A stretch of DNA of 64,000 nt from an uncultured Chloroflexia bacterium (GTDB lineage: Bacteria > Chloroflexota > Limnocylindria > Limnocylindrales > CSP1-4), in assembly GCA_963813705.1 (NCBI GenBank), contig CAWFAH010000011.1, positions 326,341-390,340 of the forward strand, in the 5' to 3' direction. This document shows, piece after piece, positions 9,062 through 17,627 of the stretch. The position numbers and the translations under genes were made by a program. Numbering within the stretch: the first letter of the stretch is position 1; each line of letters opens with the position of its first letter. Under the pieces are notes generated by a model. That model ran no database searches, had not been told where the DNA came from, and saw only the letters and a program-made list of their open reading frames with translations.

Positions 9062-10924
9062 CTAGGCCGGCTGGACCGGCAGGGTGAACGTGAAGGTGCT
9101 GCCCCGGCCCGGTTCACTCTCGACCCAGATTCGACCGCCGTGCAGCTCGACCAGGCGCTTCGAGAGGGCCAGCCCGAGGCCGGTTCCCTCGCGCTGCTCC
9201 TTGCCCGCGGCGGCCTGCTGGAACTCCTCGAAGATCCGCTCCTGATCTTCAGGCGCGATGCCCGGGCCGGTGTCACGGACCGAGACCCCGACCGCGCCGT
9301 CGAGCCGGGCTGCGCTCACGTCCACCTCCCCGCCGGGCGGCGTGAACTTCACGGCGTTGGAGAGCAGGTTGAAGACGACCTGCGTGATCCGGCGCTCGTC
9401 GGCGACCACGGTGTCGATGCCTGGATCCAGCGAAAGTGAGATCCGGACGCCCCCTTTCATCGCGCGCTCGCGCACGACCACCACGTCGCGCTCGAGCGCT
9501 TCCGGCAGAGAGAACGGCGCCTCGTGGAGCTCGATCTGGCCGGCCTCGACCTTGGCCAGATCGAGTACATCTTCGATGAGCGACAGGAGGTGGCGCGCCG
9601 AGGCGAGGATGTCGTCGAGGTACTCGGCCTGCTTGGCGTTGATCTCACCGAAGAGTTGCTTGCGGAGCACCTGGGAGAATCCGCTGATCGCGTTCAACGG
9701 CGTCCGCAGCTCGTGCGACATGTTGGCCAGGAACTCCGACTTGTGACGACTCGCGGCCTCCAGCTCGCGGGTCCTCTCATCGAGCGCCGCGAGTGCCGAG
9801 GCCAGCTCGCGGGTCCGCTCCTGGACCTCGAGCTCGAGATTGGCGTAATGCGCCTGGAGCCGTGCCGCCATCCGGTTGAACTCCTCGGCCAGCGCCCCGA
9901 GCTCGTCGCGGCTCGAGATCTCGATGCGCTGATCGAGCGCGCCGGAGCCGATCTTCGCGGCAGCCCCCTGGATGGTCTCGATGGGTCGGACCAGGTTGCG
10001 CGCGAGCAGCACGCTGGTGATGACCGCCACGACGAGGAACACGATGAGCAGCGTCGCGGTGCGCCAGATCGCGGCCTGGATGGGGGCGAACGCCTCGCTG
10101 ACCGGCTCCTCCACGAAGACCCACCACCCGGGCGGATCGACCCGCTGGAATGCGCTGAGCACCTCACGCCCGCCTTGATCGCGCCCCGTCGTGACCGTGT
10201 CCCCGGGGACGTTCCCCGCCCCCGTCATCGCCGCCTGTACCTGTGGCAGGCCGGCGAGGTTGGTGTGAGCGAGCACCAGGTTGATATCGGGGTGCGCGAT
10301 CAGCTCGCCGCTGGAGTCGACCGCGTAGGCATAGCCCTGCGTGCCGATCTGTGCCCGGTCGATCGCATCGAGCACCGAACGCAAGTCGACGTCGGCGACG
10401 ATGACGCCGTGCCCGGGGTCGGCCTCAGGCACGGCGACGGTCATGTGCGGCCTGTTGTCGCGCTGATCGAAGGCGATGCCGCCGAAGTACTGATGCTTGG
10501 CCAAAGCCTCGGTGAATTCCGGACTGGTGTGAAGATCCGCGCCACACGTGGTGCTGTCGAGCTGCAAGGAGTAGACGCGGACGCACTCCCGGCCGCCGGC
10601 ATCGAGATAGGACAGCTCACTGATCAGGCTCTGCCGCGTGAGCAGGCCGCGGAACGACTGCAGCCGGTCGCTCCCGTCAGGTTCCACCGCCGGCTGCGCA
10701 ACGCTCGTGACGTCGCCCAGGATCCCTTCGACGAACTGCTGGATGGAGACGGCCGCGGTCGAGGCCTTGTCCATCTCGATGTTCGTCAGCTGGCGCTTGC
10801 TGTCCTCGTAGGAGAAGTAGAACTCGCTGAGGCCGACCGACAGAATGGCGCCAGCGACAAGCGTCACGACGACGGCCGTGTATCTCCAGATCAGCCGATG
10901 ACGCGGTCGAGCGGGACCTGCCAC
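9062..10924 (-). CDS. Membrane sensor histidine kinase (two TM helices flanking a ~270-aa Cache-like periplasmic region, HAMP, HisKA, HATPase_c)
   Basis: TM1 is [15 protein letters not shown] and TM2 is [23 protein letters not shown]-like [45 protein letters not shown]-box [15 protein letters not shown]-box [15 protein letters not shown]-boxes DTGPGI and GTGLGLAL. Confidence 0.9.
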   Translation of the reverse strand: MAGPARPRHRLIWRYTAVVVTLVAGAILSVGLSEFYFSYEDSKRQLTNIEMDKASTAAVSIQQFVEGILGDVTSVAQPAVEPDGSDRLQSFRGLLTRQSLISELSYLDAGGRECVRVYSLQLDSTTCGADLHTSPEFTEALAKHQYFGGIAFDQRDNRPHMTVAVPEADPGHGVIVADVDLRSVLDAIDRAQIGTQGYAYAVDSSGELIAHPDINLVLAHTNLAGLPQVQAAMTGAGNVPGDTVTTGRDQGGREVLSAFQRVDPPGWWVFVEEPVSEAFAPIQAAIWRTATLLIVFLVVAVITSVLLARNLVRPIETIQGAAAKIGSGALDQRIEISSRDELGALAEEFNRMAARLQAHYANLELEVQERTRELASALAALDERTRELEAASRHKSEFLANMSHELRTPLNAISGFSQVLRKQLFGEINAKQAEYLDDILASARHLLSLIEDVLDLAKVEAGQIELHEAPFSLPEALERDVVVVRERAMKGGVRISLSLDPGIDTVVADERRITQVVFNLLSNAVKFTPPGGEVDVSAARLDGAVGVSVRDTGPGIAPEDQERIFEEFQQAAAGKEQREGTGLGLALSKRLVELHGGRIWVESEPGRGSTFTFTLPVQPA

Positions 10925-10947
10925 CCTGCGATTCGGTCCTTGACCCG

Positions 10948-12066
10948 CTACCGGTACACCGGATTGGCGCGGGCGACGACGTCGGGCGGCACCGTGATAC
11001 CCAGCTCGGCCGCACGCTTGAGGCTGAGCGCGAACTCGACCTTGGGCACCTCCTGGACCGGCAGGTCAGCTGGCGCCGTGCCGCGCAGGATGCTGTCGAC
11101 GAACCGGGCGCCGGCGGTGCCGACGGGACCCACGTCCACCCCGAGCGAGAAGAGGGCGCCCTGCTGAACCCATTCATGTCGGTGCGCCTGAACCGGCAGG
11201 TTGGCCTCTTTCGCGAGCCCGATGATGGTGTCCGAGAAGTTCAGTCGCAGGCTGGGCGACAGGATGAAGGCGCCGTCGACCTGGCCCGGCGTCATCGACT
11301 GGAAGGCCTGCTCGAGGCCAGCCTTGTCGGACGCCTGGCGAATGACCAGCTCGATACCCAGTTGCCGTGCGGCGTCCTGCGCCTGCGCCAGCAGGGGTGG
11401 CGTCGCGGTGGTGTCGGTCGGGTCAACCAGGGTGAGCAGCCGCTGCAGCCGCGGCATGATCTGCTGATAGACCTCGACCTGCTTGGCGACAGGATCCCGT
11501 GCTCCGAAGACGCCGGTCAGGTTTCCGCCCGGATGCGACAGGCTCTGCACGAGGCCGTCGCGAACCGGGTCCGAGGGGTGAAGGAAGACGACCGGAATGC
11601 GGTTGTTCGGGTCGGCGGTGGCGTCCTGGGCCGCCTTGATCGACTTGTCCTCGAAGGCGACGATGACAGAGACGCGCTCGCTCACGAACTCCTTCGCCTG
11701 CTGCTCGACCTGGTCCGGTTCGAGGTTGCGCCAGATGAGCGCGATCCGCGGACCGTCGAACTCGCCCTGCAGCTGCGCCATCTTGCCCTGCACTTTCGTC
11801 GTCCCGTCGCCGACGAGCTGGCGCATCGCCTGGTCCGGTGAGTCGATCCAGCCCAGCTCGGCGAGACGCGTCACCAGCGTGCCCAGCGAGGGCGGGATAT
11901 GGTCCGTCCCGACGTGCATCAGGCCGACACGCGGCACCGGAGGCGGGGTGACGCTGCTCCCGAGCCCGGCCGAGCAGGCTCCAAGGAGCGCGGCGGACAT
12001 GAACAGGGCGATCACCAGCAGCGCCACGCGACTTGTCTTCGTTCGTTGCTCGCGGTGTCCGGTCAT
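10948..12066 (-). CDS. Lipoprotein of the PF04392 'ABC transporter substrate-binding protein' (BMP-like) family, probably acting as a kinase-associated periplasmic sensor
   Basis: Preferred start is the ATG at 12066 ([31 protein letters not shown], signal peptide plus lipobox). Family-typical motif [30 protein letters not shown]. No ABC permease or ATPase is adjacent; the gene is embedded between RR and HK genes. Confidence 0.8.
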   Translation of the reverse strand: MTGHREQRTKTSRVALLVIALFMSAALLGACSAGLGSSVTPPPVPRVGLMHVGTDHIPPSLGTLVTRLAELGWIDSPDQAMRQLVGDGTTKVQGKMAQLQGEFDGPRIALIWRNLEPDQVEQQAKEFVSERVSVIVAFEDKSIKAAQDATADPNNRIPVVFLHPSDPVRDGLVQSLSHPGGNLTGVFGARDPVAKQVEVYQQIMPRLQRLLTLVDPTDTTATPPLLAQAQDAARQLGIELVIRQASDKAGLEQAFQSMTPGQVDGAFILSPSLRLNFSDTIIGLAKEANLPVQAHRHEWVQQGALFSLGVDVGPVGTAGARFVDSILRGTAPADLPVQEVPKVEFALSLKRAAELGITVPPDVVARANPVYR

Positions 12067-12167
12067 GGGCACGACGATACGAGGACCCGGGCGGCGAGCC
12101 AACCGTGCCTGCATGGCGATGACGGGGGATGCTGGCACACCAGCCGGGGCGGGAGCCTTCCCGGCCG

Positions 12168-12545
12168 TCACGGGCAGAGACCTCGTACGAGGTCGGGCAA
12201 CCTGTCGATGTCGATCGGCTTGACGACATAGCCGGCGAATCCGGCCTCGACGGACCAGTCGTCAGCGGGATCGAGCGGCGTCGCGCTCAGCGCGAGGACC
12301 GGGATGTTCGCTGTCCGCCGGTCGGTATGCAGCCTGCGGGTGACCTCTGCGCCATCGAGGTCGGGCAGGCGAATGTCCATGAGGATGACGGCAGGCAGCT
12401 GCGCTGCAGCGAGCTCGATCGCCTCCGCACCATCGACAGCACCGAGTGTGAGGAATCCTGCAGCCGCGAGCACGTCGGCCGCCAGCTTCCGGTTCCGCTC
12501 GTCATCGTCGACGATCAGCACGAGCGGGCGGTCCGACGATCTCAC
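12168..12545 (-). CDS. Single-domain CheY-like response regulator (first gene of the phosphorelay operon)
   Basis: LVLIVDDDERNRKLAADVLAAAGF...VILMDIRLPDLDGAEV...FAGYVVKPIDIDRL. GTG start at 12545, or possibly the internal GTG near 12521. Confidence 0.9.
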   Translation of the reverse strand: MRSSDRPLVLIVDDDERNRKLAADVLAAAGFLTLGAVDGAEAIELAAAQLPAVILMDIRLPDLDGAEVTRRLHTDRRTANIPVLALSATPLDPADDWSVEAGFAGYVVKPIDIDRLPDLVRGLCP

Positions 12546-12562
12546 CGTCGTATCCTCTGGGC

Positions 12563-13228
12563 ATGCCGATCCGAATCGTGCTCGCGGAGGACCACTACCT
12601 CGTCCGCGAGGGCCTTCGAAGCCTGCTCGAGGCGCAGCCGGACCTGGACGTGGCGGCGGTCTGCGGCGACCTCGACGCGCTTCTCACGGCCGTCCATGAT
12701 GAGCGGCCGGACGTCGTCGTGACCGACATTCGAATGCCGCCGGGCGGGTCCGACGAGGGGATCCAGGCGGCGACGCGATTGCGCGAGACCGACCCGCACG
12801 TGGGCGTGGTGGTTCTCAGCAACTACGCGGACCCGAGCTTCGCCCTGACGCTGCTGGATGGGGGCAGCGCCGGGCGCGCCTACCTGCTCAAGGAGCGCCT
12901 GCAGGACGTCCAGCAGCTCAGCGCGGCAATCCGCGCCGTCGCCGAGGGTGGCTCGGTCATCGACCCGAAGGTCGTGGAAGGGCTGGTGGCGGAGCGTGCG
13001 CGCGGCCCGATGTCGCCCCTGGCCGAGCTGACCGACCGAGAACGCGGCGTGCTGCGGCTGATGGCAGAGGGGAAGAACAACGCGTCCATCGCCAGCGAAC
13101 TGGTGGTGACGGAGCGGTCGGTCGAGAAGGTGATCCACTCGATCTTCCTCAAGCTCGGGCTGACGTGGGAGCCGGCGGTGCACAAGCGGGTCAAGGCCGT
13201 GATCCTATACCTCGCGGAGAGTGATTAG
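12563..13228 (+). CDS. NarL/FixJ-family response regulator (REC + LuxR-type HTH)
   Basis: IRIVLAEDHYLVREGLRSLL...DVVVTDIRMPP. C-terminal LTDRERGVLRLMAEGKNNASIASELVVTERSVEKVIHSIFLKLGL. Confidence 0.9.
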   Translation: MPIRIVLAEDHYLVREGLRSLLEAQPDLDVAAVCGDLDALLTAVHDERPDVVVTDIRMPPGGSDEGIQAATRLRETDPHVGVVVLSNYADPSFALTLLDGGSAGRAYLLKERLQDVQQLSAAIRAVAEGGSVIDPKVVEGLVAERARGPMSPLAELTDRERGVLRLMAEGKNNASIASELVVTERSVEKVIHSIFLKLGLTWEPAVHKRVKAVILYLAESD

Positions 13229-13914
13229 GCTCTTGCCGACGAAATCGTCCCCGCAACGCGCGAAGCGCCCTTCGCCTGGTGCTCGATGGTGAGCCGGCCA
13301 CCCAGCGCCTCAACACGATCACGCAGGCGCTGGAGCCCCTCTTCCGGGTAGCCGCCTGCCACCCCGACCTCGAACTGCAAGCCTCCCGCGGTTTCGGCGA
13401 CGCTGATCGTCGCCTGCGTTCCCTTGGGCGCCGCCGTCAGCGCGTCGGCGCAGCACCAGTAGACCGCCGCGATCGACTCGGGTGTCTGGCCGGCGGCGGC
13501 CGAGACCCGGATCGTGACGGCGACGTCCGCACGATCGGCCGCGGACCGCAGCGCGCTGACGAGCCCCCGCGTGTCGAGCAGGCGGGACGGGTAGATCCTT
13601 TGCGCCAGCCTCGTCGCTTCGCCGATGCCATCTCGCATGTCGGCCCCCAACTGATCCAGCAATGCTTTCGCCGCCGTCGGGTCTTCATCCACCAGGCCCG
13701 CCACGCGGCTCAGGTTGACGGCGAGTGCTACGAGCTGCTGTTGGAGGCCGTCGTGGAGGGCGTGCTCGATTGCGCGACGATCGCCATCGGCGGCGAGCAG
13801 GAGCCGAGCGCGCGACCTGCGCAGCTCGACGATCTCATCCTGCAGCCGCTGGGGTTCGAGCCGTGCAGGATCGACGTCCTCGGACGATGTATTGCCGGCA
13901 CCAACGTCCGCCAC
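13225..13914 (-). CDS. Soluble HisKA_3-type histidine kinase-like protein lacking a sensor domain, with a degenerate ATP-binding N-box
   Basis: H-box region RRAIEHALHDGLQQQLVALAVNL. The ATP-lid region reads AAVYWCCADALTAAPKG where the family normally has EALTNxxKHA. 229 aa with no TM. Its stop overlaps the NarL-type RR stop (13225-13228, convergent). Confidence 0.75.
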   Translation of the reverse strand: MADVGAGNTSSEDVDPARLEPQRLQDEIVELRRSRARLLLAADGDRRAIEHALHDGLQQQLVALAVNLSRVAGLVDEDPTAAKALLDQLGADMRDGIGEATRLAQRIYPSRLLDTRGLVSALRSAADRADVAVTIRVSAAAGQTPESIAAVYWCCADALTAAPKGTQATISVAETAGGLQFEVGVAGGYPEEGLQRLRDRVEALGGRLTIEHQAKGASRVAGTISSARA

Positions 13915-13941
13915 GCCGTACCTCCCAGCGGAAGTTGTCGG

Positions 13942-14553
13942 TCATCGTTGGGTCGGCGTCAAGTCCTCGCCGATCGCGGCCGGCTGGCCGGCTCCGGGTC
14001 CCGCCTCCCACTCGTCGCGCGTCAGCGCGTACTCGACGTCGCCGAGCTCCTCGCCCTCGATCCGGTCCGGCCACGGCTGGTGGAACACGCGGACGAAGCG
14101 GAGTCCCGCCTTCTCCATGACCCTCCAGGACGCGACGTTCACCGCCATCGTCGTGGCGTACACCCGGCGCACGCCCAGGTCCTCGAACGCCTTGCGGATC
14201 AGCGCCCGGCTCCCCTCCGTCGCGTAGCCGCGCCCCCAGGCCGAGGCGATCAGTCGATAGCCGAGCTCCGGCGCGTCGTCCGAATCGCCCTCCTGGGGGC
14301 GGAGGTGGAACCAGCCCACGAACGCCCCGCCGGGCTTCTCGAGCGCCGCCCAGAAGCCATAGCGATCGCCGGCTTCGTAGTAGGCGATCCAGGACGGCAG
14401 GTAGACGTCACGGATCTCGTCACGCGGCGTGGGCCGGCCGCCGTTGATGTAGCGCATGACCGCCGGGTCAGAATCCAGTCCCGTGGCGAGGTCCACGTCA
14501 TCCAGCGTGAACCGGCGCAGGATCAGGCGATCCGTCTCGAGGTAGACGTGCAC
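13942..14553 (-). CDS. GNAT family N-acetyltransferase (RimJ/RimL-like)
   Basis: VHVYLETDRLILRRFTLDDVD...GWFHLRPQ...PELGYRLIASAWGRGYATEGSRALIRKAFEDLGVRRVYATTMAVNVASWRVMEKAGLRF. GTG start at 14553, in the frame of the long ORF 13942..15996. Confidence 0.85.
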   Translation of the reverse strand: MHVYLETDRLILRRFTLDDVDLATGLDSDPAVMRYINGGRPTPRDEIRDVYLPSWIAYYEAGDRYGFWAALEKPGGAFVGWFHLRPQEGDSDDAPELGYRLIASAWGRGYATEGSRALIRKAFEDLGVRRVYATTMAVNVASWRVMEKAGLRFVRVFHQPWPDRIEGEELGDVEYALTRDEWEAGPGAGQPAAIGEDLTPTQR

Positions 14554-14942
14554 CGGCGCGATGCTACCGCCGGGTCCGATGGGAGCGACCGGCTCACGCC
14601 CTCCGTCCCGACCGCGACATGCGATTGTGATGTTCGGCTGACTCCTGGAGATCGCCCGTGCAGCGGACCTCGCTACGCTCCGATGATCGAGCCGCTCGGG
14701 AGGTCGTCGGTGGAACGAGATCCGGACACCACGTGGCGGAGGATCCTCTCCGGCCTGGACCGCCCCGACGGCCTCACCGCCGCCGCTGACGAGGACGCCC
14801 GCTGCCGGCTCGCCCGCGATGTCCTCCGCAAGTCGATCCAGCTGGGGCTGCTGGAGGGCGACCCGCGCGCGATCCGTCCCGGCCCCGCCGAACGGACGTC
14901 GCCCTGGCGCTAGGCCCGGTTCGCCGCGCCGTGGATGCCGCC

Positions 14943-15996
14943 TCAGATCCAGCGCCGGAGGCGAGCGAACAGCAGGACGCCGGCGGCGAGGACGACGATC
15001 GCGAGGACGACGAACCAGAAGCTGAGTGGATCGTCCTTCGGCAGCGGAACCACGACATTCATCCCGAGCAGCCCGGCGATCAGCGATCCCGGGAGCAGCA
15101 GCACGGTCGCCAGGGCGAGGACCTTCATCGTCTCGTTCGTCCGCTGCGCGGTCCGGGTCATGAACACGTCGAAGGATCCGAGCAGGAGGTCGCGGCTGTC
15201 CTCGACGCTCTGGAGCGCCCCCTCGAAACGCCGGGCGACGGCCTGGAACGCCTCCGCGTCCTCGCCCGGGGCGACCACTCCGAAGTCGGGCGTCGCGAAC
15301 GCGGCAAAGACTTCGCGTTGCGCGGTCAGGACACGGCGGAGACGGGCGATCCGCCGGCGAAGTCGCACGAGCTCGGCCAGGACGTCCTCGCGTGCCTCCG
15401 GGCTGAGCGCCTTCCCGTCGAGCCGGTCGACGGCTTCCTCGATGGCGTCGACCGCCTTGAAGTAGCTCGTCACCGCGGCATCGACGGCCGTCGCCACGAA
15501 CGCCGCAGCGTCGATGACCCCGATCGTCGTGTCGGTCTCGATCCGTTCGTCGAGGTGCTGGAGGAGAGCGACCGGCTCGGCGTGGCTCGACACGACGACG
15601 TTCCCGCGCCGCCAGCAGGTCGAGCCAGTGCGGACTCTCGCTCGGATCGTGATCGGCTTCGGTCGCCACGCGCAGGTGGACGTACGAGCCGTGGAGCGCG
15701 ACGTGCGCACCCGGCTCGTGGCGCTCGAGGATCCGGCGCGTGGCCGGCTTCAGCTCGAGGCGCTCGGCGATAGCGGCGACGACCGCGTCCTCGACGTCGC
15801 CCTCGAGGTCGATCCACAGGAGCTGCCGCTTGCCCAGCCGCCGCTGGAGGGCCTCGCCGAGCTCGAGGGTCGCGTCCGTCCGATCCGCGTCGAACAGCCG
15901 GACGGTCACCGCCGGCCCGTCGTGCGCTGCGGCAGACGTCGCGAGCCGTCGCCCATTGCGCGGACCCGGGTTCGGCCCCGCCGGGTGGCCGCGCAC
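14943..15996 (-). pseudogene. corA: CorA-family Mg2+/Co2+ transporter with a 1-nt frameshift near 15601-15613
   Basis: The N-terminal part is in the frame of ORF 13942..15996 (VTVRLFDADRTDATLELGEALQRRLGKRQLLWIDLEGDVED...HWLDLLAA). The remainder is in the frame of ORF 14943..15710 (GNVVVSSHAEPVALLQHLDERIE...TMKVLALATVLLLPGSLIAGLLGMNVVVP with the GMN signature, then the final TM). Confidence 0.85.
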
Positions 15997-16193
15997 GCGA
16001 GGCAGCGCCGGCGGGCCGGATCTGGGCTGGGGTGATCATCCGCGGATGGTTGGCGACGGACCGCTGCACGCATGCCGGGCTCAGCGGGCTGCGGGCATTG
16101 CAACGGGGCGGCGGTTTCGAGGACCTACCGCAACGGATCCGCAGGGTCAGGCCGGAGCGGTGGGCCGCAGCACGCCCTGGCCCGGGCGGTCGA

Positions 16194-16343
16194 TCACGAC
16201 TTCGTCTCGCCGTGCTCGCGGCGCTCCTGTTGACGGTGCGCGCGGCCCGCTCCTCGGCCTCGTCCTTGCTCACCCCACGCTCCTCGTACGACTCCTTGAT
16301 GTGCTCGTACTGGCGCTTGCGTTTCGGCTCGATCCTCGGGCAT
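16194..16343 (-). CDS. Small ORF (49 aa) whose middle is out of frame relative to a conserved small basic protein family (KRxYEHIKES...AARTVNKER type)
   Basis: GGAGG lies 6 nt upstream of the ATG at 16343. The frame of that ATG gives MPEDRAETQAPVRAHQG...ERREHGETKS. The +1 frame of the central segment gives PRIEPKRKRQYEHIKESYEERGVSKDEAEERAARTVNR, which matches my recollection of that family. See findings. Confidence 0.45.
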   Translation of the reverse strand: MPEDRAETQAPVRAHQGVVRGAWGEQGRGRGAGRAHRQQERREHGETKS

Positions 16344-16448
16344 GGTCGCCTCCATTGGTCGTCGGTCGAGGGTGATCACCTTGCACCGGCCGGTGCGGCG
16401 TTCCGATGGCTCGATCCGGACGAGGCGTTGCAGACGCCTCGCGTCGGC

Positions 16449-17127
16449 TCAGTCCGCGGAGCCGGCCTTGGCGGCGGCGGGGATCGATCCAGGTTCACGC
16501 GGCCGGCGGGTCTCGCCGAACGGCAGGAGCTCGAAATGGATGGCCTCGAAGTCCAGGATGAGCTCCGGATGCCGGGTCGCGATCGGCTGCGCGACGTCCC
16601 CGCCGGTGGCCGCGGCCACCTCCTCCAGCTCCGCCAGGCCGAGATCGTGACGAACTGGTCGTCGCCGGCGGTCGCGAGGTAGAGGACCGCGGGACCACGA
16701 CCGGCGGCGATGTCGGACTCGGTGCCTTCCCGGGCCGCCGCGACGTAGTCGGGTCGCCGGCCGAGGCGCACCCGGCCGTGCGACAGCCGGAGGATGCTCG
16801 ACCCAGGGCCGGTCGGGTCGCCGAACCGCGAACTCGATTGGTACGACCTCGAGGCTTCGATCGGTCGTCTCGACGAGGAGCTCGGGATGGAACCGCGACG
16901 TCGGCTCGAACAATTCGCCGAGCACGTCGGCCATCCGCTCGCGCGACGACCAGATCGAGGCCATGACCCGGTCGCCGAGCTCGTCGGGTCCACGCCGGGC
17001 GACGAGGAGATCGAGGAGCCCCGGCCTCGGCCTGGAGGTCCGGGACCAGGACGCCGCGGAGGATCTGGTCGAAGGCCGGCCTGACTGGCCGGAAACGGAA
17101 CAGCCGGATGACCGCGGGACTCGTCAA
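16449..17127 (-). pseudogene. Tandem ABM/Dabb-like (ferredoxin-fold) domain protein broken by at least three frameshifts; family assignment tentative
   Basis: A sensible protein only emerges by stitching frames. The pieces are MTSPAVIRLFRFRPVRPAFDQILRGVLVPDLQAEA (TTG 17127), then GLLDLLVARRGPDELGDRVMASIWSSRERMADVLGELFEPTSRFHPELLVETTDRSLEVVPIEFA, then FGDPTGPGSSILRLSHGRVRLGRRPDYVAAAREGTESDIAAGRGPAVLYLATAGDDQFVTISAW, then ELEEVAAATGGDVAQPIATRHPELILDFEAIHFELLPF. The junctions lie near 17019-17022, 16826-16830 and 16631-16636. Confidence 0.55.
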
Positions 17128-17226
17128 GCCGTCGCACTCCTGCGTTCGAGAGGCTGCGATTGTGGGGCCGCCGGCCCCGAGGACAAGGCGGATGTGAGCC
17201 CGATCGTCCCGGCCGATTGCCCGGCG

Positions 17227-17535
17227 TCAGCGGGGGCGGACGCCCGCCGAGCTGGCAGGCGTGGAGTCGTCGCCCGCCTGGCCACCGCGCGCCGACCCGA
17301 CGACCTCGCCGCCGCGACCACGGCGACGACGACCTCGATCGCCAGCGTCAGCGGGATCTCGTACGGGCCCGGTGGAGCCGGGCAGATGATCGGCTCGCTC
17401 AGCGAGCGATCCGCGCAGGTCGCCGCGTCGGAGATGCGGATCGCTTCCGACCGCGAGACCGATCGTCACGAACCCGAGCGCCGCGAAGACGAGCACCGAG
17501 CGCAGCCAGGCCGGCACCGCCGGCCGTTCCTCCAT
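17227..17535 (-). CDS. Hypothetical small membrane protein (possibly also frameshifted)
   Basis: The N-terminus MEERPAVPAWLRSVLVFAALGFVTIGLAV is a plausible TM helix. The rest of this frame is Arg/Gly-rich. The +1 frame reads more protein-like (SEAIRISDAATCADRSLSEPIICPAPPGPYEIPLTLAIEVVVAVV). Confidence 0.3.
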   Translation of the reverse strand: MEERPAVPAWLRSVLVFAALGFVTIGLAVGSDPHLRRGDLRGSLAERADHLPGSTGPVRDPADAGDRGRRRRGRGGEVVGSARGGQAGDDSTPASSAGVRPR

Positions 17536-17627
17536 GGGCCGAGTGTGCGCCGATCGCCCGGCCGGCGCATGCGTCCAAACGACACCGGGCCTACGGCGCC
17601 ACGTGGCTGCCCGCCACCGCTGGCGCG

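Noticed and set aside
13942-15996. Single 684-aa ORF
   Set aside because: It is a composite. Only the last 204 codons (GNAT) and the first ~130 codons (CorA N-terminus) make sense. The middle is the wrong frame of corA, whose GMN-containing part is in ORF 14943..15710.
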